Shown here: piece by piece, positions 1 to 12,389 of the stretch
How positions within the stretch are numbered: position 1 is the stretch's first letter
Layout: every line of letters begins with the position of its first letter
From: Octopus sinensis
Lineage: Eukaryota
Reading direction: 5' to 3'
DNA: 64,000 nucleotides
Assembly: GCF_006345805.1 (NCBI RefSeq)
Contig: NC_043001.1
Location: forward strand, 109,554,001 to 109,618,000
The notes under the pieces: generated by a model
What the model was told of the DNA's origin: nothing
The model's input: the letters and a program-made list of their open reading frames with translations, nothing else
Database searches by the model: none
Translations under genes and position numbers: made by a program

Positions 1-638
1 GTCAAATTCTATTTCATGGACTCAACCATGTTCTAAAATAAGTCGAAAGGTAAGCTAGTATAAATCGGCAAGAACTTTCCGGACAACCCAATGTTGTGGT
101 CTTCAATATATTATACACTGAATATATAGGATTTTCAAGGACGGAGTTTATTTAATCAGGTTTAATTTGGGATTCTAAACTACAGGAAACTGAGTTAAAT
201 GCTGTGGGCAAGAACATTAGGTACGGTGAAAGAAAATGTGCCCACTGTGTGATATTGTGATATTCGAATGCCCCTTCTTCTAGACAGACTATGTATATCA
301 CGTGGATGGATATATTTCCAGATTTTCTTTTTTGTGTGGAGATGATATTAGTCAGCGTATATAATTTTTGCTGATATTACACGAAGAAGCAGCGAACAAT
401 AAAACGATTATGACAATACTAGAACAACAGAATAGAAAACAAGAATAAATATGAGATAACAACGTCATGTAAGAGCGAAAGGTTTTCCGAGATTATTTGA
501 TTTATTTCTAAAATTTCATACTAAATCAGGATTAAAAGTTATCAATTATAATGAAAATCGGATTTCTATAATCTTGGAAATTTGCAATAATCTTTCGAAT
601 GTTATAGAGCAACGAAACGAAGAGGAAAGGGAATAACT

Positions 639-640
<2 letters not shown>

Positions 641-676
<36 letters not shown>

Positions 677-801
677 TATATATATCTATAATATATATAT
701 ATATATGTATGTATGTATATGTGTGTGTATGTTATATATATCTGTATATATAGAGAGAGAGAGATTATATGTATACATACATACATAAATACATACATAC
801 A

Positions 802-850
<49 letters not shown>

Positions 851-870
851 TATATTATATGCATGCCTAC
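641..870. repeat. (TA)n/(TACA)n compound microsatellite
   Basis: Directly visible dinucleotide and tetranucleotide runs; source of the spurious YI-rich ORF 532..876. Confidence 0.95.
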
Positions 871-1403
871 GTACAAATAAACATATATCAGAGTGTACGT
901 GCAAATGTGTGTGTGTGTATGTGTGAGCGGTGATCAACTTTGGTTTTCATAAAACGCCAAACATTAATATTTACATTTCAAATTAGCAAACGCAATTTAG
1001 AGTATAAATTACATTTGTTGACACAAAAAGATAAAAATAATCACCCCACCCCATAAAAAAAACAAACAGCAACCAACTGTATTTACTTATCTTCTTACAG
1101 TGAAAGTGAAAATGTATTTTAATATAAGAAGGAGAAAACAAAAAAAATCCCAAAAGTGGGTGGGGGTGCATAGAATTTGTACATGTCGAATTTAGGAATT
1201 TCGTTATTCACACACATATATACATACCTCTCACAAGTGTATATTTAAATATGTGTATATACATATATGTATGCATACGCACAAACATACTCACACAAAC
1301 ACAAAACGCACATATTCATAACACACACACTCAAACACACATATATGCTTGTATGTGTATGTGTGAGTATGTTTGTGTGTATTTGTGCGAGTATAAATAA
1401 GAT

Positions 1404-1663
1404 CATTGGTTCTTAACCGGAGTCCACATGACTCTTTAGTGTGCATATCACATATTTTTGATAAAATCTCTGTGAAATAAATTCGTCATACTTCTGCAAT
1501 ACAGAAAATATTTTAACGATTTTTTTATAGACTTCCTAATACTATTTGAATTCTAAGAATCTAATAGGATTTTTGAAACACTGAACGGCTATGCGGTTCC
1601 ACTTGAGTAAAACAGAAGGGAAATAGTTCAGTAGGTAAACAAAAAAATGTGTCAGGACCACTG
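1404..1663. mobile_element. hAT-like non-autonomous element (MITE)
   Basis: Left end CATTGGTTCTTAACC and right end TGTCAGGACCACTG resemble the CAGTGGTTCTCAAC-type hAT TIR. The 8-bp flanks AATAAGAT and ACTTAGAT match at 6 of 8 positions, consistent with a decayed TSD. Confidence 0.6.
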
Positions 1664-1744
1664 ACTTAGATGATCAAAACAACAGTAGGCAATAAATTTA
1701 CCAGAGTAGTATATATATATATAATATATATATATCTATAATTT

Positions 1745-2400
1745 TAATCCAAACGGGAAACAAAAAAAACAACAACAATGGAACAATTACAGTATGATTA
1801 TTAATAGGCGCTCAGGAAAGGAAGCAGGGAGGTAGACGTTTCGAGCGGAGCTCTTCGTCGGAAACATAAAGAAGAAGAGAGAGGAAAGAAAGATCCCAGA
1901 GCGGGCAACAGGGAAAGAGAAAAAAGACGACTGGTGTTACGAGTTGCACATGGTGAAAGGCGGATGTTTACGAAAACAGAGCAAAGTGGGTTTTTAAAGG
2001 CAAAAGAGTGGAGACAAGGTTGGTAACGCAACAGATGTGTGTGTATGTGTGAGGTGTGCGTGTGGCGTGTGTGTATGTGTGTGTGTGAGGCGAGAGATGA
2101 AAAAAAAAAAAAAATATATGTGTGTGTTAGTGTGTGCGTCTGTGTGTAGGCGTGTGAGGTAGGGCGAGATAGTGGTCAGCTTAGCAGACAAAGGTCAGTA
2201 GTAAGAAAAAGAAGGAAGGAGGAAGGGAGGGAGGGGAAGGGGTGGGGGCGTATGTAGCGTGCCAGCGTTTGTTGAGTAGTAGTGTGTGTGTGTGTCCAGT
2301 GTCGTGGTGGTATAAATGGCGAGTAGATTGAATGTGTGTAAGAGTAATGTATATATTTAAGCAATGTGTGTATATGTGTGCGCGTGTGTGTAACGAAAAA
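1745..2400 (-). mobile_element. Penelope-like element (PLE) terminal remnant
   Basis: Contains a hammerhead-like motif at 1831-1866 and a low-complexity region of the same style as the PLE-like copies at 49133-49530 and 50853-51285. Family assignment is inferred from the motif. Confidence 0.5.
1831..1866 (-). ncRNA. Minimal hammerhead ribozyme-like motif (PLE type), stem I degraded
   Basis: Minus strand reads GTTT-CCGACGA-A-GAGC-TCC-GCTC-GAA-ACGT-C: core variant, 4-bp stem II, palindromic stem III ACGT and a GUC site. Confidence 0.55.
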
Positions 2401-4040
2401 GGGGGGGGGGTTAAGGAAAAAGGACTCCAGCTGAGGGGAAGATGGAAGAGTGGTCCCGCGGAGGAGGGCGTGGGAAAACCCAACGACACGCGACGGTCCC
2501 AGGAACGGGCGGGAGGTCTTGTCGGTTCCAAGAGCGAGGTGCCTGCGGAGCGTATGCGTACGCGAACCGGCGCAAGCGCGTGCGTGCGCGAGCCTGCGAG
2601 TATGTGCGTAAGTATGTATGTGTGTGGATGTGTGAGTGTGTCTGTGTGTATGTCCGGGTGGCAGTGTGTCCGATGAATGTATGTGAGTATGTGTGTATGT
2701 ATGTGTGTGCATAGATGTATGTCCGTGTGTGTGTGTGTATGTGTGTGAGTGTGTATGTATGTACGTGTGGGTGTGGGGAAGTGTGTGTATGTGCATGTGT
2801 GTGCGCGTACATACAGGTGTGTGAGTGAGTGTGTGTGTGTGTATGTATGTGTGAGTGTGTATGTATGTGTGTGTAGGATGCATGTATGTGTATGGGTGTA
2901 TGTATGCGTGTGTGTATGTATGTATGTGTACGTGCGTGTGTGTGTGTGTATGCGTGTAGGTGTGCGCGTGTGCATGCATGCAAGCATGCATGTGCGTATG
3001 TGTGTGTGTGTGTGCATGTGTGTGGGTATATATGTATGTGCGTATATGTGTGTGCGTGTGCGTACATGTGTGTGTGTGTGTATGCATGTGTCTGTATGTA
3101 GGGTGTGGGCGTGTGTGTATAGGTGTATGTATGTAAGTATGTATGGGTGTGTCCGTGTATGTGTGTGTATGTATGTGTGTGTATGTAGGTGGTGGGCGTG
3201 TGTATATGTGTGTGTATGTAGGTGTGTGGGCGGTGTGTATATAGGTGTATGTGTGTATGTCTGGGTGTGTCCGTGCATGTTTGTGTGGTGTGTGTATGCA
3301 TGTGTATGTAGGTGTGTGTGTACGTGTGTAATGTATGTGTGTATGCGTGTGTATGCGTGCGTGTGTGTATGTAGGTGCGTGTGTATGTGTGTGGGAGTGT
3401 AGGTGTGTGTGTGCGTGTGCGTGTGCGTGTTTATGTTGGTGTGTGCGTATGTGAGTGTGAGTGTATGGGGTTTGTCATGCATGTGTGTGCGCGTGCAGGT
3501 GAGTGTGTGTGTAAGTATGTGTGTGTGTATGTATATGGGTGTATGTATGTATGTGTGTGTGTGTTATGTGTATAAGTATATGTGCGTAGTGTGTATATGG
3601 GTATGTGTGTGGTGTTATGTATGTGTGTATGTATGTGTGTAGGCGTGGGTGTGTAGATGTATGTATGGGTGTGTGTCCGTGTGTGTTTGTGTGTGTGTGT
3701 AGGTAGATATGTGTGTCTGAGTGAGGGTATGGCTGTGTAGGTGTGTGTGTGTATGAATGTAAGTGTGTGTGTATACAAGTGTAATGTATGTATGTAGGTG
3801 TCTGTGTGTGTGTGTATGTGTACGTGTGCGTGTGTATGTGTGTGTGTATGCGTGTGGAGTGTGAGTGTATGGGTGTATGTCTGTGTGTGTGTATGTCTGA
3901 AGTAGGTATGTATGTGTATGTATGTATGTGTGTGGTGTGTGCAGGTATGTGTGTGTATGTGTGTGTGTGTGAGTAGGTGTGCGTGTATGTATGTGGGTAG
4001 GGATGCATGCGAGTGTGTGGGTATGTATGCATACATACGC
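2020..4040. repeat. ~2-kb mosaic (TG)/(TATG)/(CGTG) alternating purine-pyrimidine tract
   Basis: Directly visible; generates all His-Thr and Val-Cys ORFs between 2176 and 4365. Confidence 0.95.
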
Positions 4041-4219
4041 ACGCGCACATCCGAAGCAAGCCCACACACACGAAGCGCGCCCACGCACACCAACGCACAA
4101 GCAGTACAACGCAAGCCCAAGGGGCCGACCAAGCCCCCAGCGCGCGCCAAGGCGCGCGAGCGCAAAGGCCCTCGAACGCCCCGCTACGCGGGAACCGAGG
4201 ATCCATCAGCCAAAACCGG

Positions 4220-4287
<68 letters not shown>

Positions 4288-4289
4288 AA

Positions 4290-4480
4290 ATTCATAAATG
4301 AAGGTAATGAAAAAATTTCTAATGCCAAATATGCCGAAAAATTGGACATATTGTCCTTTAACCATATAGTGTTTTCACAATACGCACGATACTCGAAAAA
4401 AGGTCGACAGAAATTTCTAAAAAATTCCATTATTACCATATTTGGCATTAGAAATTTTTCCTTTGCCCTCATTTATGAAT
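4290..4480. mobile_element. Short element with ~44-bp imperfect terminal inverted repeats (MITE-like or fold-back)
   Basis: 4290-4333 ATTCATAAATGAAGG...AAATTTCTAATGCCAAATATG pairs with 4437-4480 CATATTTGGCATTAGAAATTT...CATTTATGAAT. Confidence 0.6.
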
Positions 4481-5329
4481 TGTTTATAAATTTAACCGTT
4501 AAAGGTATTTTTTAATATGCTGGCCATTGATAAAATTTTTTTCGAGAAAATATATTTTTTTTCGAAAAGAATTTTATCCCCACATTTGATATATATATAT
4601 ATAGATATTAAGAGTATACTTTTATCTCAGAGTTTTCTGAAAACTAAAGCTAAGAAGTAAAACATGAAATCCTGCAATACGTAGAAATTGTTATTTTGTT
4701 TCACAGAATTTCCAATATGTTTTTAATACGATGAGTCATCACTAGTGAACTATATCACTTTAACGCGTTTCATCCTGCTTTGTTTAGTGAGTGCTCTGAT
4801 TCTGTCCCTGTAAGCATCAGGCGCATCAACTCTCCAAATCCTTGTCACTGCTTATTTCACTGCTGTAGAATTGTGTGGAGGACCCCAGACGATGAAGTAG
4901 ACTAGCCCAATACGTAGATATTGAGGGAGAAGTCTAGACGTCGTTGAAGTAGAGCACAGTTGAGTAGCGGCGAGACTAAAGGAGTAGTAGAGAAGAGTAG
5001 AGTTGAGTAGAAGGCATCCAAACGAGCGATATAACAGTGGTGACGAGGATTTCGTAGTTCACACACCTACTGTTTAGTATTGCGATATAACAAAAATATA
5101 AAGTGTGATATGGCTTGTTATACACAACGGCATACAAGATAATGATGTACACTTCATAATTGAAATCTGTCATAAATATGGACAATTTTTATGAGGCATC
5201 ATATGAAAAGTTTACAAACTAGCATAGAAGATATAGTAATATGCATTCTCTGGAAATATTCCTTTTACTTAGGATCTCTGGAGAAATGTTAATCATCAGG
5301 GAGAGCCGTTACTTTTCTGCAATGAGAGT

Positions 5330-5570
5330 TCACATCTCCTGGAATTTGGATTTGTGATTAGAATGCCTCAGGAAATAATTGTAAGACAAATTCTTCAAAC
5401 TGAGCCAACCGGTGGCACAGTTGGATCATATCAATATACTTAGATAGTTGCACTTTGGAATCCAACCAAAAGGTTTAATGATGGATGCTTCTGATAGGAC
5501 TCTGTGGAGAGGTCGCCTGAGTACTCTACTCCCAAAACTCATCTATGAATGGTGGAGGAAGATAGCTAGA
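5330..5570 (+). mobile_element. RTE-clade LINE 3' remnant
   Basis: 5472-5519 translates GLMMDASDRTLWRGRL, matching the A.DR..WR C-terminal motif of RTE ORF2. Confidence 0.5.
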
Positions 5571-5959
5571 TGGACAAGTATCAGTTTGTCTACCACTATT
5601 CCAACATTTCAGTGTAAGTTTATATAAATTCTTTAAAGAAATATAAGTGGCTGAATTTCATCTTTTGATTGTGATATCCTACATCAATCCTCAGAAATGT
5701 GTCTCTACATTGCACAGCAAGCTGCGTTGTGATATGCAGAACAGTAACAAATGCGAGGAAATATCTTCGTATTATAATGCAGCTATTTATAACTACCTAT
5801 TAAATATGAATACTACCCGAAAAAATAAAAGACTAGCGTTTGGCCCTCGTGCTATCCGCCCGCTACAAAAATCGAACTCAAGACACATAACATTACGTCA
5901 CAACTACTTTACCTCTCTTTAATATTATACTTAATATTATATTTAGCTCTCTTTAATAT

Positions 5960-6195
5960 TATACCAAAGATCCCATAAAATTCTAAAGTTCTCTGGAGAA
6001 ATTTCTCCCAGAACATCCCGAGCCAGCCTCCTACACACGGATATGTCTCCAACAATAACAACTCTTTGCTAGAGTGTGCCATGGTGTCCCATATATGACT
6101 GAGGTGGGAATCACTATCTAAAAAACTTCACCAGGTGGCGCTATTAAGTTATGACATGGCCTGGGCCTATACTGGCCGAAACCCATCTAAGTTAT
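5960..6195 (+). mobile_element. CR1-clade LINE 3' end
   Basis: With one frameshift reads LEKFL-QNIPSQPPTHGYVSNNNNSLLE, the invertebrate CR1 ORF2 C-terminus; followed by a 3' UTR with a GGCC...GGCC stem. Confidence 0.65.
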
Positions 6196-7259
6196 ATACT
6201 TTCGCAAAAATTTTGATTACAAACTGAAATTAAACAAAGAAGCAAAAAGGTAATGCGGTATTAACACTCTGAAGACATTTGACTCTCATTATAAATGCAT
6301 GAAACTTGTGAGTCACATAATAATAAGAAATAGGTGACTGTTCCCTCAATGAATTAACATCTCTCCATACATTATTTACCTTTAAAATGACAAAAGTTCA
6401 TATTTCAACAATTCTATATTAACAAATTCTGTGGCGCGATAGCGAAAATGTAATGCGTCAGTGCCCAAGAATTGTAGAACACACATAAAATATATAAATG
6501 ATTATACTAATACCATTATGTAGGTAACGAAGCAAATAAAAAATGCCACGGAAAACGTATCAGAATTCAGTGTAGGATTGGTTTACTGCGCGAGCAAATG
6601 CTATCTCTTTAATCGATATATCCAAAATACACTGGAGAAGGAATTTACAACAATACATATAGCCTTACACAGAGATTATGGGTTTGATAAGTCCCAACAT
6701 GCCAACGGACGCATAGCTTTTACGCATAAGTGGCCACGGAATGAATTTCATTAGTTGTAGTCCGAAAATACTTATATATAGTAACCTAAATACTAGAAAT
6801 TTCTTAGATGTTAAAAACAAACGTAAAGATAGTCGAATATAAAACCCGTGGAAAAGTTAACGTCGCAAACATGTTAACAAAGATACAAATATCCAGGTTT
6901 ATTTTTTAAAACCGAAATAATGATATCGCATGTAAAAATTTCTGAATTATTATCTAACAAAAAATTTTTAAAAATCACTGGGAGTATGGTTCTAAAAGAA
7001 ACAGGTATAAGCGAACGAAACCAAATTTAGGTTTATTTATCTTGATATTTTAACTATATTTCATTCATACCTATTTACCACCTACAGATTAAATCTACGA
7101 GTGCTAGCAATTACTTAATCATAATAAATGACGGTTATTTGTGTATCTGTGTGTGTGGAATATATATTAGAATGTAAGGAACAGGAGGGTTGAAAATGCA
7201 TTAAATTTACATATATCGCTCTGCCTGCCTGTCTGTATTTTTCTCTCTATGTATATTCA

Positions 7260-7295
7260 CATGTATGTATGTATGTATGTATGTATGTATGTATG

Positions 7296-7325
<30 letters not shown>
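7260..7325. repeat. (ATGT)n microsatellite
   Basis: Directly visible perfect tetranucleotide run. Confidence 0.95.
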
Positions 7326-7326
<1 letters not shown>

Positions 7327-7775
7327 TATAGCAATAAGATAACTTTCTGTATCTTGATGGTTCTTTTCCTCTCACTTTATGTCACGCGAGGTGACAAACG
7401 TATTTATGCGCATGCCCATTGATGGCTAGACGAATTGTATGTTTTTGTTATCATAAGAATTAACTGATTTTTTTTTTCTTCTGCAATACATTGTTTAGGA
7501 AGTAATCGATCACTTTTTCCCCAGCAGGCTCCTATAAATAATTCCGTAAAGTAATAGCCATACGCAAAATAATCATCCATCATTTGTACCTACTAGAATT
7601 GAACACTGTTTTATCGGCCTCAGTGGAATGAAAACTAACTTGACGTCAATGAGATTTGAACACGGATCATGATTATCCGGAGAATATTCGGAAAACCATA
7701 TTTTTATTGATGCATTAATTGCTCTACAAGCTCTGTAAAAGTATTTTTGTCTTCCATATATAACACATGTATCTG

Positions 7776-8008
7776 CAGGGTTGGCCAAAAGCCACCCGAG
7801 AGTAAATCAAAATTCCATAAATACTATCTGTAATTCTGTATTGACTCGAATGGAAGAATGTGTCGCTCAAGAAGGACTTCAGTTTGAACAATTTCCATGA
7901 TGTTTCATATGTAGATGCTTTTATTAAATTCATTCAGTTGTTAAACATAAATAAATCTTGGAATTAAATGGTTTTTATTTACTGTCAGGTGACATTTGGG
8001 CAACACTG
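7776..8008 (+). mobile_element. Internally deleted Tc1/mariner element
   Basis: 21-bp TIRs CAGGGTTGGCCAAAAGCCACC and GGTGACATTTGGGCAACACTG, followed by TA. The interior encodes a transposase C-terminal-like RMEECVAQEGLQFEQFP*. Confidence 0.75.
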
Positions 8009-8178
8009 TATTTGGGCAATCAATTTATTAAAAAAAATATTGCTTCGGGCTTATGAGTTGATTTGGTAGACGGAAACAGACCACTTCCATTGTGAATAAT
8101 ATATATATGAATTTGTGTGTGTGTGTGTACCTACCTACCTACATACTTAGTTATCTACTTAAATACTCTACAGTATAT

Positions 8179-8238
<60 letters not shown>

Positions 8239-8393
8239 TATATATATATGTATATGTATATAATACAAAATGGGACAAGAATGCAAAACATCCAGATAGA
8301 CGATACAAAAAAACACGGACGGGTCATTCGAAGCCTTTTATCTTCAGTCAAGAACCGGATCATCCTCGCAATTTCGGCTATTCATATATAGAA

Positions 8394-8502
<109 letters not shown>

Positions 8503-9259
8503 GACAAATATCTTATCCGAACTCTCGTATCTTTTAAGTCGATGACTTGATTTGCGTAGCACAGTACAGAAGACGTACCAGGTTGCGCAAAGTCGTCAAT
8601 TTTTAGTTACGGATATAAGGCAAAGTACATTTCGATTAACTGATGCTGTTTTTACTGTAATTTCAATCCATTCAACTTAATTACTTAAGAGCAACTGAAT
8701 CTTCCGTATCGCTGTCTCTAATACACTTACGTGCACGATGCGTTCTACATCATAATGCCTATAAATCCAATAATCTTTCTCATGATACTTGCTTAATTTC
8801 TATCGTGATCAGCAATTTAACATCGCTCACACTCTCAAGATGCGTACTTAAATCCTGCCCGACAAATATATCGAAGTGCGTGCCCATTGGTTGATAGATT
8901 GATTACGTATTTTCGTGAAAATCAGAACTGTAATAGAGACGCCTTTTTGTAGAACACGTTGTTTCTGATGTAATGGATCTCTTATTTTTTTCTTTTCAAG
9001 TTGTTCGTATAAAACTGCTGTAAAACAATGACATGCACAAAATGACTATCAGTCATCTACAGCTACGACATCTTCCACAAGACAGACGATAATTCTTGTC
9101 TCGGTTATTTAGCCTTTTTTTATAGAAAAACCAAAATTTTCAGATTTTTTAAATTATTTTGAAGGTGCAAAGCAATTCTTTATATACACACACGCACTCA
9201 CTCACACATACACACATATATGTATATACGAATGTATGAAATATGTATTATATATATAA

Positions 9260-10380
9260 CTAAGCAATAAGGGTTTAGCAACGAGTTGCCTTACCACATA
9301 CCGAATTTAGAAATAGCAGCCAAAGGGTTATAGCTATTTCTTCTACTAAAAAGGGAGATCTCAGTAAAAACAGCATTTGGAAGGCAGCACAAACAGGTAG
9401 AGAGAATGAATTGACTGCAATCTATCATACATTTTTTTAGTTATCCACGGACGTACGTTTCGAAATCAAGTTTTTAGGAAGGCATAAGAATTAAATATTA
9501 AATATTAAATAATTCTATCTACCGAAACTTCTTTTCTCTTCAGCGTAGAATACTATAATCATAAATGATTATATATGAATTTTGAGATACCAGAAGGCAC
9601 CAACTCAACTCAGTATCAGAGCGAGCTAGAATCCGCAACTGGTATCACCGAATTCAATTTGTGAATGAAACGATTGTGTCAACAGCCCCTTCCCACCCGC
9701 GTGTAGCCAAAACAAGATGCTGTGGTCATCTACTGAGATATAAAATATGGTTATCCGTAATAATGAAGGGTGAAATTAATTAATTTGGAAAAATTATCAA
9801 TTACACCAAGTAGTCTTCGCATGAAAAGCCTCATTCGAGGAAAAATTTAAGTAATACTAAGCAATAGGGTTAAGCAACGAGTTGCCTTACCACATACCGA
9901 ATTTAGAAATAGCAGCAAAGGGTTATAGCTATTTCTTCTACTAAAAAGGGAGATCTCAGTAAAAACAGCATTTGGAAGGCAGACACAAACAGGTAAGAGA
10001 GAATGAATTGACTGCAATCTATCATACATTTTTTTAGTTATCCACGGACGTACGTTTCGAAATCAAGTTTTTAGGAAAGCATAAGAATTAAATATTAAAT
10101 ATTAAATAATTCTATCCTACCGAAACTTCTTTTCTCTTCAGCGTAGAATACTATAATCATAAATGATTATATATTGAATTTTGTCCCTTTTTAGTAGAAG
10201 AAATAGCTAAACCTTTGGCTGCTATTTCTAAATTCGGTAGTGGTGGTAAGGCAACTCGTTTGCTAAACCCTTATTGCTTAGTATTACTTAAATTTTCCTC
10301 GAATGAGGCTTTTACATGCCGAAGACTACTTGGTGTAATTGATAATTTTTCCAAATTAATTAATTTCAGCCTTCATTATT
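9260..10380. repeat. Direct duplication plus inverted duplication of a PLE-like terminus
   Basis: 9260-9584 is nearly identical to 9858-10183 (direct). 9760-9950 is nearly identical to the reverse complement of 10184-10378. Differences are mostly single-base indels. Confidence 0.9.
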
Positions 10381-10449
10381 ATGTATATATATATATATAA
10401 ATTCATTCATTCATACATACATACATACATACATACATACATACACACG

Positions 10450-10492
<43 letters not shown>

Positions 10493-10605
10493 GTATTCAA
10501 GTAAAGGTTATAATCACAACGAAAATACTAGTTAGTTACCAATCTATATAAAGTTCAACTATAAGGTAACCATATAAACCGTGGTTCATATATTTACATA
10601 TTTAA

Positions 10606-10920
10606 TAAATAAGGAAAATAGAGAGGTAATTAATAAAATCATTTATTAATTATAAATTATGACAACATATCTGACAGATGTTTCGATTCAGTAATCTTAA
10701 GATAATTAATTTGGAAAATTTAAATCTCTTAACTGTTTATAGCCATTATCTCAACATGAACTTCTAATCGGTATATATTTACTATCTCGGAAGAGAGTCG
10801 TCTTATTATGATTTTAATTTTATAAAATAATTTTCTAACGATTACTGAATCGAAACAGCTGTCCGAGCTATAACTAATAGATAACTTTATCAATCACCTC
10901 TCCATTTTCTCCTTATACTT
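10606..10920. repeat. Diverged inverted repeat around a hammerhead-like end motif
   Basis: GACAGATGTTTCGATTCAGTAATC (~10674-10697) versus GATTACTGAATCGAAACAGCTGTC (~10840-10863); the arms extend further with lower identity. Confidence 0.7.
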
Positions 10921-11189
10921 TTCCCAAATAAACAGACGTTTTATATATCTGTTCTTCATGCGTTGGTTACTGTACTTATCCTTTTTTTCATTTTTAGTTT
11001 AACTCATGTTCAATTTTCACATATACACTCTCCTGTGCGGCGTACAGTCTCAGCTATGTAGATAGATGTCATGTGTCTGCACCGTCACTCAGTACATCGT
11101 AAGCTATACGCTACATTTCTAACCTTCACATTTAATCCGTGTGTCCATCCTACATACAACACAATTGTACTCCGTACAGGGGACTTCTA

Positions 11190-11268
11190 ACTTGTAGACT
11201 CTTGAGGTGTCTGTGTGAGACTTGGAGACTACTTGTACAAATCCAAAGCAAAAGTTAAAAGTATAATG

Positions 11269-11318
<50 letters not shown>

Positions 11319-11320
11319 TA
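11190..11320 (+). mobile_element. R4/Dong-like LINE 3' UTR fragment with (TAA)n tail
   Basis: Matches the 3' UTR of the copy at 13540-13625 (CTTGAGGT.TCTG.GTGAGACTTG.AG.CTACTTGTACAAAT.CAAAGCAAAAG). Confidence 0.7.
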
Positions 11321-11399
11321 TTATTATTATTATTATTGTTGTTGTGTTGTTGTTGTTGTTGTTGTTGTTATTATTATTATAGCGTAGAACAGTATTTAC

Positions 11400-12014
11400 A
11401 TTAGAAAATATGTAACACGCAAAATCAACACTTCTTCTACCTGGTATGAACATCATCCTGAGCCAGTCGTTGAAGGTAAAAACGTTACCGTCCTCTGGGA
11501 TTTTACAGTCAACACTGACAGAACGACCTAGGCTAATCGACCAGACATAATTATTAAAGACAGGGAAGCAAAGACTTGTAAACTAATAGATGTACGTGTT
11601 CGCACAGATAAAAATATATCTGTAAAGGAATTTGACAAACTAAGTAAATATAAGGACCTGGAAATTGAAATACAAAAAGATGTGGCACCTTAAAACGAGA
11701 AAAGTTCCTATTATTATAAGTGCCCTAGGTATGATTAAAAAGGAATATCAGAAACATCTAGATCAGATCCCAAGAGAACCGTGTCTCGGGGAAATCCAAA
11801 ACATTGTGCTGGGAGGTACTGCACAGATCCTTAGGAAATCTCTATCCATTAAATGTCTGAGTTGGTATTACATGAAGATATTTCGATGCAACTCCTGCCA
11901 CACCCCTCCCCACTTTTTTAGCCATACTCTATCATCTCTTATCTTTCACTCGCTCTGGGACGCTTGGCGTGTCTCGGCAAGTGATGCTAACAAACATGCA
12001 GATTAAAAGTAATG

Positions 12015-12050
<36 letters not shown>

Positions 12051-12070
12051 TAATAATAATAATAATAATA
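11400..12070 (+). mobile_element. R4/Dong-clade non-LTR retrotransposon, 5'-truncated (REL endonuclease remnant)
   Basis: WYEHHPEPVVEGKNVTVLWDFTVNTDRTT*ANRPDIIIKD...LIDV...KLSKYKDLEIEIQK, then a frameshift into MWHLK...VPIIISALGMIKK...GTAQILRK; (TAA)n tail. Confidence 0.85.
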
Positions 12071-12389
12071 ACAACAACAAGTTGTTTTTGTTTTCAAGGC
12101 CACACATTTGTAAGGAAATATTGAATTGAACGGATCGATATGTCGTCCATTACTGCAAACAACTTTTTATCGACCCTGATAACATTCAGGGATAAGCCGA
12201 ATAAAAGTCTAATTGCTTTTCAACTGATAACCACTTGGCAGTTAATTATGTACACAATGTGGGTACTTAACTAAACAGCGGACTGCATGAAATACATTAT
12301 CATAGGAACAAAGCAAATAAGATCAACGTTAATCAATCTGCGTCGAATATGAAGACAGTTCACACTGTGCTCCGAAGAAACTATATTAA

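Noticed and set aside
2176-4365. Long His-Thr, Val-Cys and Tyr-Ile ORFs of up to 433 aa
   Set aside because: They are translations of (CA)/(TG)/(TA) microsatellites, open in several overlapping frames on both strands. The same applies to such ORFs at 532, 8151, 23102, 28400, 29080-29782, 37314, 38893-39609, 40742-41298, 49615 and 55637-56013.
6145-6185. GGCC...GGCC-GAAAC as a hammerhead
   Set aside because: No CUGANGA-like core (ATGACAT) and no palindromic stem III; better explained as the CR1 3' UTR stem-loop.
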